In this document: positions 20,666 to 29,297 of the stretch, one piece after another | Position numbering within the stretch: position 1 is the stretch's first letter | Layout: the number at the start of each line of letters is the position of its first letter | Source of the DNA: Methanobacteriota archaeon | Lineage (GTDB): Archaea > Thermoplasmatota > Thermoplasmata > SG8-5 > DAIRED01 | Direction: 5' to 3' | NCBI GenBank assembly: GCA_043799545.1 | Contig: JAZDNO010000019.1 | Location: forward strand, 64,001 to 128,000 | Length of the DNA stretch: 64,000 bases | Notes under the pieces: generated by a model | The model's database searches: none | Told to the model about the DNA's origin: nothing | The model's input: the letters and a program-made list of their open reading frames with translations, nothing else | Program-made: the position numbers and the translations under genes

Positions 20666-21418
20666 TCAAACGGGTTTTTTCTTCCTGTCTCGCCAGTAAT
20701 CGCAAATCAAGTATACGATTACGGACGCCAATATGCAGTACCCAATCGTCTCGACGACCGTCCGTCCGTAGGAATCCAGTATCGCCCCGCCAGCGTAGTA
20801 GCTCGCGCCGGCGATGGCGAAGCAGCCGATGAGCGAACCCGCGGTCACGGCTGCGAATACGACCCTTCCTCGAATCCCGGCCATCCTCCCAATCAGGGTG
20901 GACATGATTCCTCCGCTGCCCTGGACCGAGAGGCTCACGAACCCCGTCAAGCCCATGAATGCCAGCTTCTCCCCCTCGCGGCGCTTGCGGAGCCTGGCCG
21001 CTCCCTTCTCCTCCAGCTTGCGAAGCCACTTGCCAATGACGGGAATCATCTGGAGGAGGTCGAAGTTGTTCACAAGGAACATTGAGCACGTGATGTCAAT
21101 GAACGCGACCGAGAAGGCCACGAGAGCTATGTCCAAGAACGGGCTGGTTTCTCCGTGCATCTCGCGGAGGCCGGGCATGTCCACGCTCCAGCCTATCCAA
21201 GAAGCGACGGTGTTCAACCCCACGAGCAGAGCCCCCGGGATGAGCAGGTACTTGCCGATGGGGGTGATGAAGTAGAGCACCATCAGCGCCCCCGCGAGCA
21301 TGAAAGCCTCCCATTCCAGGAATTCGTATAGTGCGATGCAGTAGAGTGCGACTATCGCGACTGGAAGGAAGAACAATCCGAGGCGCTTCGCGACATATCT
21401 CCAATCAGGCATCTTCAC
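20666..21418 (-). CDS. small multi-drug export family-like membrane protein
   Basis: About 6 TM helices, KYLLIP, VSLSVQGSGG and basic amphipathic linker WLRKLEEKGAARLRKRR. Confidence 0.6.
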   Translation of the reverse strand: MKMPDWRYVAKRLGLFFLPVAIVALYCIALYEFLEWEAFMLAGALMVLYFITPIGKYLLIPGALLVGLNTVASWIGWSVDMPGLREMHGETSPFLDIALVAFSVAFIDITCSMFLVNNFDLLQMIPVIGKWLRKLEEKGAARLRKRREGEKLAFMGLTGFVSLSVQGSGGIMSTLIGRMAGIRGRVVFAAVTAGSLIGCFAIAGASYYAGGAILDSYGRTVVETIGYCILASVIVYLICDYWRDRKKKPV

Positions 21419-21983
21419 CCTTCTCTGCGTGTGCGGCCTCGGCCAGATGCCCCATGAGCGCGGAAAAGGCCCTTCCCCTGTGGGAGATGCGGTTCTTGAT
21501 GGAATGGTCCATCTCGGCGAAGGTCATGGAAGTTCCATTCGGTACGAAGACTGGGTCGAAGCCGAAACCGCTTTCACCACGCGGAGCCTCTGAAATGGAG
21601 CCCTCGGTTACACCGGTGAAGATGTGCCTCTTGCCGTCAATCACCAGGCCGGCGCAGCATTCGAAGCGCGCGCTCCTGTCCTCGGCGCCTTCGAGCAGCT
21701 TGAGGATTCCCTGCCAACCCAGCGTCTTGTAAGCGTGGGCCGAGTAAACGCCCGGGAAGCCTTTCAGCGCCTCCACGAAGAGACCGGAATCGTCGATAAT
21801 GAACGGCTCCTCGACCCTGCTCGACATCCATTCGAGGCCGTAGTTCACGACGGCCTCCAGGGTCTCGACCTGCAGCTCCGGGTACGTGGTGTTGATTCTT
21901 TCAACCTTGTAACCCAGCGGCTCCAGCATGGCCCTGACCTCAGACGCCTTTCCCTCGTTCGACGTGACGAACCTAATGTTCAT
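21405..21983 (-). CDS. rdgB: non-canonical purine NTP pyrophosphatase (RdgB/HAM1)
   Basis: FVTSNEGK, ELQ, DDSGLFVEALKGFPGVYS, GFGFDPVF, KNRISHRGRA. ATG at 21983. Confidence 0.95.
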   Translation of the reverse strand: MNIRFVTSNEGKASEVRAMLEPLGYKVERINTTYPELQVETLEAVVNYGLEWMSSRVEEPFIIDDSGLFVEALKGFPGVYSAHAYKTLGWQGILKLLEGAEDRSARFECCAGLVIDGKRHIFTGVTEGSISEAPRGESGFGFDPVFVPNGTSMTFAEMDHSIKNRISHRGRAFSALMGHLAEAAHAEKGEDA

Positions 21984-22590
21984 GGTATCTGCCCCTTTTC
22001 TCAACCTGGCCGACGACTTTCTCAATCTCCCGCGCCCCCGGGAACTCCGCCCTGTATCCCTCGAGCACGCTCTCGAAGCAATCCATGTGCGCCGAGTGCG
22101 CCGACTGGAAAGCCTCCTTCAGCAGGTGGAGGTCGACCGCCTTCTTCTCCGCCTCGGGGGTGAGCTCCCCCATGCTGAAGTCTATCATGTAAAGCCCGTC
22201 CGCGACTATGACGTTGGACGTTGTGAAATCCCCATGGATAATGTCCGCCTTGTGGAGTTTTCCGGCGCAGCGGCCCAGCTCGCGGCACAGGCGCTTCCTC
22301 TCGGCTGGCTTCGCCGCGTCGATGGCCTCCTTGGCCTGCGGCCCTTCTATGAACTGCATGATGATTTTGTGGTTGGCCACGTCCGCGTCGTAGATGACCG
22401 GGACGAGGACGCCCGCCTTCCTGGCGGAGGCCACGAGCCTGACCTCGGCCCTCATGCGCTGCCTCCTGATGCGCTCGTCCAGCTCCGCGAGGCGGTAGCC
22501 CTTTGGGACGCGATGCTTGACAACCGCCTTCCTGCCCTTCCAATCAGCCAGGCACAGCTCCGCCTCCGCCCCGCGCCTGTAGATTTCCAT
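21973..22590 (-). CDS. bud32: KEOPS complex kinase/ATPase Bud32 (stand-alone)
   Basis: RGAEAEL, VVKHRVPKGYR, RMRAE, IIHGDFTTSN, IDFSMG, AVDLHLL. Confidence 0.93.
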   Translation of the reverse strand: MEIYRRGAEAELCLADWKGRKAVVKHRVPKGYRLAELDERIRRQRMRAEVRLVASARKAGVLVPVIYDADVANHKIIMQFIEGPQAKEAIDAAKPAERKRLCRELGRCAGKLHKADIIHGDFTTSNVIVADGLYMIDFSMGELTPEAEKKAVDLHLLKEAFQSAHSAHMDCFESVLEGYRAEFPGAREIEKVVGQVEKRGRYHEH

Positions 22591-23063
22591 CAATCGCGCC
22601 CCTTGAACATGCCCCGGACAACGTCGCCCCTCGACAGGATGCCGACCAATCCCTCATCGCCAACGACCGGAAGCCTGTTCACGTTGTGGCCGTTCATGAG
22701 GTTGACGGCCACAGAGAGGTCGTCGCCCGGCTTCACGGTGAGCACCTTCTGGTGCATGACATCCTGGACCTTCATGTCTGCCACTTCGTGCATCGCTTTC
22801 GAAATCTCAGTCTGCATGTCCTCCTCGACGAAGGAGACGCTCACCATTGATAGAGAGGGATAGACCATCTTCAGGACCTTCGTGCGCTTCTTCACGGCCC
22901 CCACGATGTCAGACTCGCTTAGTATCCCGACGAGCTTCCCGCTGTCGTCCACGACTGGCACCCCCGAAATGCCAGCGTCCGCCATCCGGCGGGCGGCGTC
23001 CTTGACGCTCTCCTTCGGGCTCGCCTTGATTACCTTGACGTTCATCAAATCGCCGACTTTCAT
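22590..23063 (-). CDS. CBS domain protein
   Basis: Two CBS repeats (ISGVPVVDDSGKLVGILSESD and VNRLPVV...LVGILSRGD). Confidence 0.9.
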   Translation of the reverse strand: MKVGDLMNVKVIKASPKESVKDAARRMADAGISGVPVVDDSGKLVGILSESDIVGAVKKRTKVLKMVYPSLSMVSVSFVEEDMQTEISKAMHEVADMKVQDVMHQKVLTVKPGDDLSVAVNLMNGHNVNRLPVVGDEGLVGILSRGDVVRGMFKGRD

Positions 23064-24364
23064 TTCTTTTCCTCCTTTCGCAGGTCTATGACGCGCTTCG
23101 CTTTGCCCTCGGAGCGCGGGAGCGATTCGGGCGGGAGAAGCTCCACCTTCGCCCTCACAGTTAGCAAGGCCTGCAGCTCCTTCTCCACGTCGGCCTTCAG
23201 CCTCGCCATCTGCGCCTTGTCCTGGTGCTTGAAGTTCGGGGAGACCTCCGCTTTGACACTCAAGTGGTCAAGGAGGTCGCGCTCGACAATTATCTGGTAC
23301 TGGTCCCCCATCTCCGGCATGTTCATGAGCACGTGCTCGACCTGGCTCGGGAAGACGTTGACGCCGCCTATGATGAGCATGTCGTCGCTCCTGCCCTTGA
23401 TGCGCATAATCCTCGGATGCCAGCGCCCGCACTCGCACTCCTCGTATTCCAGGGTGGCCAGGTCGCGCGTCCGGTATCGTATCAGGGGCATCGCCTCCCT
23501 CGTGAGCATCGTTATGACCAGCTCGCCTTTCTGTCCCGGCGGGAGTGGCTGCAGGGTCTCCGTGTCCACTATCTCGGGAAGGAACTCGTCCCCCCAGATG
23601 TGCAGGCCTTTCTGGTGCTCGCATTCGACTGCGACGCCTGGTCCGTACAGCTCGCTCATGCCGTAGCAGTCGTGCGCCCGCAGCCCGAACGTTTCCTGGA
23701 TGCGCTTCCTCGCCTCCTCGGACCACGGCTCGGCCCCAAAGAGCCCGACGCGCAGGCGCAGGTCCTTCTTCGGGTCCATCCCTTCCTTGATGGCCTCCTC
23801 GCCGATGTACATGGCGTATGATGGGGTGCAGGCGAGCGCGGTGGTCTTCATGTCCTTCATGAGCATGAGCTGGCGCTTCGTGTTTCCCGCCGCCGCAGGA
23901 ATGACGACCGCGCCGATGCGCTCCGCGCCGTAGTGGAATCCCAAGCCGCCTGTGAACAGCCCGTAACCGTAGGCGTTCTGGACTATGTCCTTGGGCGTGA
24001 CGTTCGCTGCAGCGTACGTCCGCGCCATCATCCGTATCCAGGTCTCCAAATCGTTGCGCGTGTAAGTTACGACCGTGGGCTTTCCCGTCGTGCCGGACGA
24101 GGCGTGGAGGCGCACGACCTTCTCCAACTGCACCGCGAGGATGCCGTACGGGTAGTGGTCCCTCAGGTCGGTTTTGACTGTGAAAGGCAGCTTGGCCACG
24201 TCTTCGAGCGAACGGATGGAGTCCGCGCTGACGCCCTTCTCCTTGAACCGCTTCCCGTACATCGGGACGTTGTCCGCAGCGTACCGCGCCATCTTCTTAA
24301 TGCGCTCGAGCTGAAGTTTCTGCAAAGCTTCCGGTCTCATTGTCTCAAGTTCTGGCTCGTACAA
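23060..24364 (-). CDS. paaK: phenylacetate-CoA ligase family protein
   Basis: HASSGTTGKP, YGYGLFTGGLG, GAEPWSE, YGMSE, RYRTRD, GRSDDMLII.GVNVFPSQ. TTG start; true substrate uncertain. Confidence 0.88.
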   Translation of the reverse strand: MYEPELETMRPEALQKLQLERIKKMARYAADNVPMYGKRFKEKGVSADSIRSLEDVAKLPFTVKTDLRDHYPYGILAVQLEKVVRLHASSGTTGKPTVVTYTRNDLETWIRMMARTYAAANVTPKDIVQNAYGYGLFTGGLGFHYGAERIGAVVIPAAAGNTKRQLMLMKDMKTTALACTPSYAMYIGEEAIKEGMDPKKDLRLRVGLFGAEPWSEEARKRIQETFGLRAHDCYGMSELYGPGVAVECEHQKGLHIWGDEFLPEIVDTETLQPLPPGQKGELVITMLTREAMPLIRYRTRDLATLEYEECECGRWHPRIMRIKGRSDDMLIIGGVNVFPSQVEHVLMNMPEMGDQYQIIVERDLLDHLSVKAEVSPNFKHQDKAQMARLKADVEKELQALLTVRAKVELLPPESLPRSEGKAKRVIDLRKEEKK

Positions 24365-24442
24365 TCGAATCCCTCGCGCATCGGGGATTGTGGAGGGGGG
24401 TGAAATAGGTTTCGGGAGAGACCTGACTGCGAATGCAAAAAT

Positions 24443-24616
24443 CTATTTTTTATTGATGCGGTTCTTCTCTTTCGGCATGCCCGGCATCTCGTTTTGTCCG
24501 TCTAGCATGAACTTCACTGATTCGTTCATGTTGACGATTGCCGCTTCCATGCGCTCCAGGCGGCAGTTCAGGCAGTTGCAGCCTTCCATGGGTCGCTCGT
24601 TCTTGTCGGATTTCAT
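24443..24616 (-). CDS. 57-aa protein with CxCxxC motif (below ORF-track cutoff)
   Basis: Hand translation MKSDKNERPMEGCNCLNCRLERMEAAIVNMNESVKFMLDGQNEMPGMPKEKNRINKK*. TATAAA lies upstream on the minus strand. Confidence 0.5.
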   Translation of the reverse strand: MKSDKNERPMEGCNCLNCRLERMEAAIVNMNESVKFMLDGQNEMPGMPKEKNRINKK

Positions 24617-24704
24617 CGGATACCGTCATCTGGATGGCGGATTTGCCATTTATACCTATTCTTCAAATTATCCTATATGGTAGCGTGGTCGTCGGAGACC
24701 TCTT

Positions 24705-25043
24705 TCATGCCCGCTTGGGTTTGTATCTGTCCCTCTGGTCGAAAATTGCGAACGAGGCATATCCGGCATGAATCCTTGCGGAATGCTTCACTTCTTTATC
24801 GATGAAGAACCGGTCCCCCTTTCCGTAGGAGTTCTTCCTGCCCTCGACTGTCACCTCGGCGCGGCCTTCCAGGACGATTTCCCACTGGCTCGCGTGCGAA
24901 TGCTCGGGGACGTCCGTATCCTTGTCGAATTCCATGAAGACGATTTGGTGTGTCTCCGCTTGGGATATGAACACCCTCGCCCCATCGAACGGGATGTCAG
25001 CTTCAGGCAGGGCTTTCACAATTTCAGGGTATATGGATGGCAT
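24705..25043 (-). CDS. cupin domain protein
   Basis: VPEHSHASQWEIVLEG and FIDKEVKHSA cupin metal-binding motifs. Confidence 0.88.
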   Translation of the reverse strand: MPSIYPEIVKALPEADIPFDGARVFISQAETHQIVFMEFDKDTDVPEHSHASQWEIVLEGRAEVTVEGRKNSYGKGDRFFIDKEVKHSARIHAGYASFAIFDQRDRYKPKRA

Positions 25044-25172
25044 GGCGCATCACCTGCCAAAAGATGGCGCTTAGACTGAAATACCTTTCGCTCGCCCCCC
25101 GGATGGCCGCCCCCGGTTCTGCCGCTCTATCGAGTGCGCACCTTTTTACACAACCGCCCCTTCCCAACTAGC

Positions 25173-26396
25173 ATGGAAATTGAATTCCTCGGTGGCGCCA
25201 GCAAGGTCGGCAGCCTCGGCATGCTGATGAAGACCGGCGGCACGAAGCTCCTCATAGACTACGGCATAACGCCCACCGACCCGCCAGGGTATCCGGTGCG
25301 CACGACCGCTGTGGACGCGGTCCTGCTCACGCACGCCCACGTCGACCATTCGGGTATGATCCCCTGGTACGCGGGGAAATACGACAGCCCGATTCACGCC
25401 TCCCCTCCGACGATAGACGTTGGCCTGATGCTTATGGAAGACACAATCAAGGTCACCCAGGCGGAAGGATATCCCCTGCCGTACGAGCGTGGCGACGTCC
25501 GCGCGGCCCAGCGCAACTTCGACGAGACGGATGTGGGGGAAACGTTCCATGTCGGCGACGTAGAAATCGAGACATTTTCCGCCGGCCACATCCCTGGGGC
25601 GATGATGTACATGGTCAAGTCCCACGACTCAGTTTTGTTCACGGGGGACATCAACACCATCGACACGCGCCTGGTCGGGCGCTGCGACATGCCCCAGTGC
25701 GACACGCTGATACTGGAGAGCACCTACGCCGGCCGGCACCACCCCGACCGTCTGAAGACGGAATACGCTTTCCAGCGCAAGGTGGACGAGGTAGTCGCCA
25801 GGGGCGGAGTCGCCGTCGTTCCAGCGTTCGCCGTCGGGCGCACGCAGGAGGCTGCGATGGTGCTCGCGCAGAGCAGGCACCTCATCTGGCTCGACGGGAT
25901 GGGCAAGCGCGTTAACGAGGCCTACCTCGACCACCCGAAGTACCTGGCATCAGCGAAGAAGCTTCGCAGGGCCATGAACGTGTGCCAGGCTGTAAGGAAC
26001 ACCGGGGCGCGAAGCCAGGCAGCGCATGGGGACGTGATAATCACGACCAGCGGCATGCTGGACGGCGGGCCGGCGCTTAGCTACATAGACAAGCTGAGGC
26101 ACGACCCGAAGAACGCAATCCTTCTCACTGGCTATCAGGTCGAAGGGACCAACGGCCGAAGGCTCATGGACACGGGCAAGATGGTCTTCGACGGCGAAGA
26201 GAAGGAAATCAACTGCGAGGTCTCTTTCTTCGACTTCTCGGCCCATGCGGACCACAAGCAGCTCCTGCGCTTCGTGGACAAGTGCGAGCCCACGAAGGTT
26301 GTATTGATGCACGGGGACCAGCGCGAGGCGCTGGCAAAGGACTTGGAAGGGTACAACGTGGAGATGCCGAACGAGGGAGAGAAGATAGAAATCTGA
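25173..26396 (+). CDS. MBL-fold beta-CASP ribonuclease (aCPSF-like, no KH domains)
   Basis: MEIEFLGGA, THAHVDHSG, AGHIPG, FTGD, ESTY, AVGRTQE, TSGML.GG, GYQVEGT, FSAHAD, HGD. Confidence 0.9.
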   Translation: MEIEFLGGASKVGSLGMLMKTGGTKLLIDYGITPTDPPGYPVRTTAVDAVLLTHAHVDHSGMIPWYAGKYDSPIHASPPTIDVGLMLMEDTIKVTQAEGYPLPYERGDVRAAQRNFDETDVGETFHVGDVEIETFSAGHIPGAMMYMVKSHDSVLFTGDINTIDTRLVGRCDMPQCDTLILESTYAGRHHPDRLKTEYAFQRKVDEVVARGGVAVVPAFAVGRTQEAAMVLAQSRHLIWLDGMGKRVNEAYLDHPKYLASAKKLRRAMNVCQAVRNTGARSQAAHGDVIITTSGMLDGGPALSYIDKLRHDPKNAILLTGYQVEGTNGRRLMDTGKMVFDGEEKEINCEVSFFDFSAHADHKQLLRFVDKCEPTKVVLMHGDQREALAKDLEGYNVEMPNEGEKIEI

Positions 26397-26473
26397 ACGC
26401 TACCGATAGTTTCCCATTTCGGTAAATTATAAGTATTGAACGGCCAATTGCCATCAGGGATTTCGATTGAAAT

Positions 26474-27391
26474 GTGGACGAGAGAAGTCCGGTTGTTCAA
26501 AAGGAGCCTGGTATCGTGTTTGATTGGCTCATCAACATCCCCGGGCCGACATTCCTGGTGTACCTCCTCATTTTTATAATATCCTTAACTGTGGTAGGCG
26601 GTTATTTATGTTACTTTGACCCAACTGGCAAATTGGACGAGCCTGGGATTACTGAGCTTGAAAAATACCATATAGCGGCATTGCGCGGAGGAGTCAAGGA
26701 AGTAATTGTCACGGCTGCATTCAGTCTCTGGCATAAGGGGCTTATCAATCTGGACAAAGATGAAATCGAACGTAACGAAAAAAATGTTCCCATACTAGAT
26801 CCCATCGAAAAAGAGGTATATGATGAGCTCTCAACCCCGAAAACAGCGTCCTCATTGGTGTACAGCATCGGCTTAGGAGTTAGGTTGGAAGAATACATGG
26901 AATCCATCAACAAGAACCTGGAAAGGCTGCATTTAAAACCTGGTAAAAGTGCTGCATCTAGAGACTGGCTGATACTCTTTTCTATTCTCACGCCAATCCT
27001 CGTCATCGGTGGATTAAAGTTGTATTTTGGGATTGTGCGAGAGAAACCTGTCATGTTTTTAATAATTCTTCTGTGCATGTCCGCCATACTCATCGTGGTT
27101 TTGTTAAATCCATTGAAGTTCCAAACAACACTGGGAAGGCGTTATCTGAATTCGTTGAAAGATCACTACAATTGCATCAAAGATCGCGCTCCAACGGATA
27201 TTCTCAGATACAATATGGACCCGGCTATCGGAATGGCAGTATTCGGCGTGACTGGGCTATATCTTGTAGCGTCTTTGAACACATTCACAAGCAAGTTCAC
27301 GCCGCAGACGTCAAGCGGGGGATTCGGCTGCGGGGGCGCTGGTTGTGGCGGCGGTGGATGCGGCGGAGGTTGCGGGGGGTGCGGCGGATGA
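26474..27391 (+). CDS. TIGR04222-like membrane protein with Gly/Cys low-complexity C-terminal tail
   Basis: IPGPTFLVYL, YHIAALRGG, T-x-x-G-R-x-Y-L region, 3 TM helices and tail SSGGFGCGGAGCGGGGCGGGCGGCGG. The true start may be GTG 26516 after AAGGAG. Confidence 0.8.
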   Translation: MDERSPVVQKEPGIVFDWLINIPGPTFLVYLLIFIISLTVVGGYLCYFDPTGKLDEPGITELEKYHIAALRGGVKEVIVTAAFSLWHKGLINLDKDEIERNEKNVPILDPIEKEVYDELSTPKTASSLVYSIGLGVRLEEYMESINKNLERLHLKPGKSAASRDWLILFSILTPILVIGGLKLYFGIVREKPVMFLIILLCMSAILIVVLLNPLKFQTTLGRRYLNSLKDHYNCIKDRAPTDILRYNMDPAIGMAVFGVTGLYLVASLNTFTSKFTPQTSSGGFGCGGAGCGGGGCGGGCGGCGG

Positions 27392-28503
27392 AGAAAAACC
27401 GAACTGGTTGCAATAATCCGCGCGAGTCACCGTTGATATTCCAATGGCATATCACCGACAAGTGCAACCTCAATTGCCGTCATTGCTACCAAGATAATGG
27501 GCCTGTGCCAGATCCGGAATTCCCGATGTTGGAGAGGACATTCAGACAATATCTGGATTTGCTGGATAAAATCAAAGAAACGGGACGCTGGAAGCCGCGG
27601 GGGCACATCAACATAACCGGTGGAGAACCATTGCTCCGAGATGATTTGTTCAAGCTATTGAACTTGATATCGGAAGCCGACCGACGTGTATCCGTAGGGA
27701 TACTCACGAATGGAACACTGGTCGACGATAAAATGGCTAAAAATATCGGCGACACGGGCGTCAAATTCGTCCAGGTTAGCATGGAAGGGGGGCGGAAAAC
27801 CCACGATTGCGTCAGGGGGCAAGGCAATTTCAATCTCGTAATCGAGGGAATAGAACGCCTGCAAGGTGCCGGTATTTCAACCTACGTTTCGTTCACCGCC
27901 CACCGTCTGAATTACATGGAATTTGGTGACGTAGCGGGGACATGTCGTAAATTGGGCGTGGATTGTCTTTGGGCCGACCGTCTTATACCTTGCGGACGGG
28001 GCAGGGAATTGGCGAACAGCACTCTTTCGCCTGCACAGACGAGGACATTTTTCCAGAACATGAAGCGCGCAAGGTACAATTTGTCGCGTGGATGGGGCAA
28101 GAAAAAAACCGAGATACGTATGAAGCGCTCCCTTCAATTCCTCATCGGCGGTGGAATGCCGTACCGATGCTCCGCAGGAGACCGCCTGATAACTGTGATG
28201 CCTGATGGAACGATGTATCCATGCCGGAGGATGCCCATTTCCGTCGGAAATGTAGCCGTTGAGTCCATATCAGACACATACTACAACAATGAATTCATGC
28301 AGGCGTTGCGCGATCCGGCCAGGGTGCCGGACGGTTGTGAGAATTGCCTTCACGCGAGCGCATGCCACGGAGGCTCCAGATGTCTGGCTAACGTCGTAAA
28401 CGGTTCGCCGTTTACAAGGGACCCGGGATGCTGGGATGCTCATTTTAACAGCTTGGAAAGTCCTGTCTTTGATGTTGGGGACGTGAGGTGTGAAGTATGG
28501 TAG
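27388..28503 (+). CDS. radical SAM protein with SPASM domain
   Basis: CNLNCRHC, TGGEPLL, LTNGTL; SPASM CSAG...DGTMYPC...CENC-x5-CHGGSRC...DPGCW. The ATG overlaps the upstream TGA (ATGA). Confidence 0.92.
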   Translation: MKKNRTGCNNPRESPLIFQWHITDKCNLNCRHCYQDNGPVPDPEFPMLERTFRQYLDLLDKIKETGRWKPRGHINITGGEPLLRDDLFKLLNLISEADRRVSVGILTNGTLVDDKMAKNIGDTGVKFVQVSMEGGRKTHDCVRGQGNFNLVIEGIERLQGAGISTYVSFTAHRLNYMEFGDVAGTCRKLGVDCLWADRLIPCGRGRELANSTLSPAQTRTFFQNMKRARYNLSRGWGKKKTEIRMKRSLQFLIGGGMPYRCSAGDRLITVMPDGTMYPCRRMPISVGNVAVESISDTYYNNEFMQALRDPARVPDGCENCLHASACHGGSRCLANVVNGSPFTRDPGCWDAHFNSLESPVFDVGDVRCEVW

Positions 28504-29237
28504 ACAATTTGCCGTTATCGAGCACGAATGTGGGACCGGAAAGCGTAAGAGCACTGGAACACTTTGTAGCAGATGTGTTGAAGGAGTTCCAAACTGACAT
28601 ATCATCCATCATTTTGTACGGCAGCGGTGCGCGTGCTGATTTCAGGGAGGGGAAAAGTGACCTCAACCTCCTTGTCGTATTTTCTAGTCTGGACATGGCG
28701 CGAATGAGCCGGTTCATACCTCTGCATGACAAATATCTTCGAAATCGAATTGTACCACTGGCATTGACGAAGAAGGATCTCGTTGACACGGCCCATGTGT
28801 TTCCACTCAAGTTTCTATCGTTTAAAGAGGCAAATGTCGTCCTATCTGGCATCGATGTGTTGAAAGAGATAGATGTGGACAATTCGCATGTCAGGTTTAG
28901 GTGCAAGCAGGAACTTCAAAACCTGTTGATGAGGTTGAGATACCACTACATATCCAACCAAGGGCGGGGGCTGACGAACATGATGTCTCGCACATCGACA
29001 AATTTCATCGAATCCCTTCGTGTCGTGATATTGTTGGAAACGGGCAACAAACCCGACAGAGTCGGGATAGTCGAGGCTGCCAGTTCAATCGGTATCGATG
29101 GAGGGGCTTTGAAGAAAGTGCTCGACATTAAGGGAAGGGATGTTGCCTTGCCAAACACAGAGTCCAGAGTGATTTTCGAGAGATATCTCCGAATTGTGGA
29201 GCAATTGTTAGCAAAGGTGGACAACCTTAAAGAATGA
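28497..29237 (+). CDS. Pol-beta-like nucleotidyltransferase domain protein
   Basis: SIILYGSGARADFREGKSDLNLLVV (GS...DxN) and a helical C-terminal domain. GAGGTG RBS; 7-nt overlap with the radical SAM gene. Confidence 0.75.
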   Translation: MVDNLPLSSTNVGPESVRALEHFVADVLKEFQTDISSIILYGSGARADFREGKSDLNLLVVFSSLDMARMSRFIPLHDKYLRNRIVPLALTKKDLVDTAHVFPLKFLSFKEANVVLSGIDVLKEIDVDNSHVRFRCKQELQNLLMRLRYHYISNQGRGLTNMMSRTSTNFIESLRVVILLETGNKPDRVGIVEAASSIGIDGGALKKVLDIKGRDVALPNTESRVIFERYLRIVEQLLAKVDNLKE

Positions 29238-29297
29238 ATATAGCAAGAATATTTTTGTAAATAAATTGAAATCTGAAAAGGTTTTTGGAATTTCAGC

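Noticed and set aside
27073-27387. ORF-track extension of the radical SAM protein
   Set aside because: It overlaps the TIGR04222-like gene in another frame and translates as nonsense; the ATGA-coupled start at 27388 is much more plausible.
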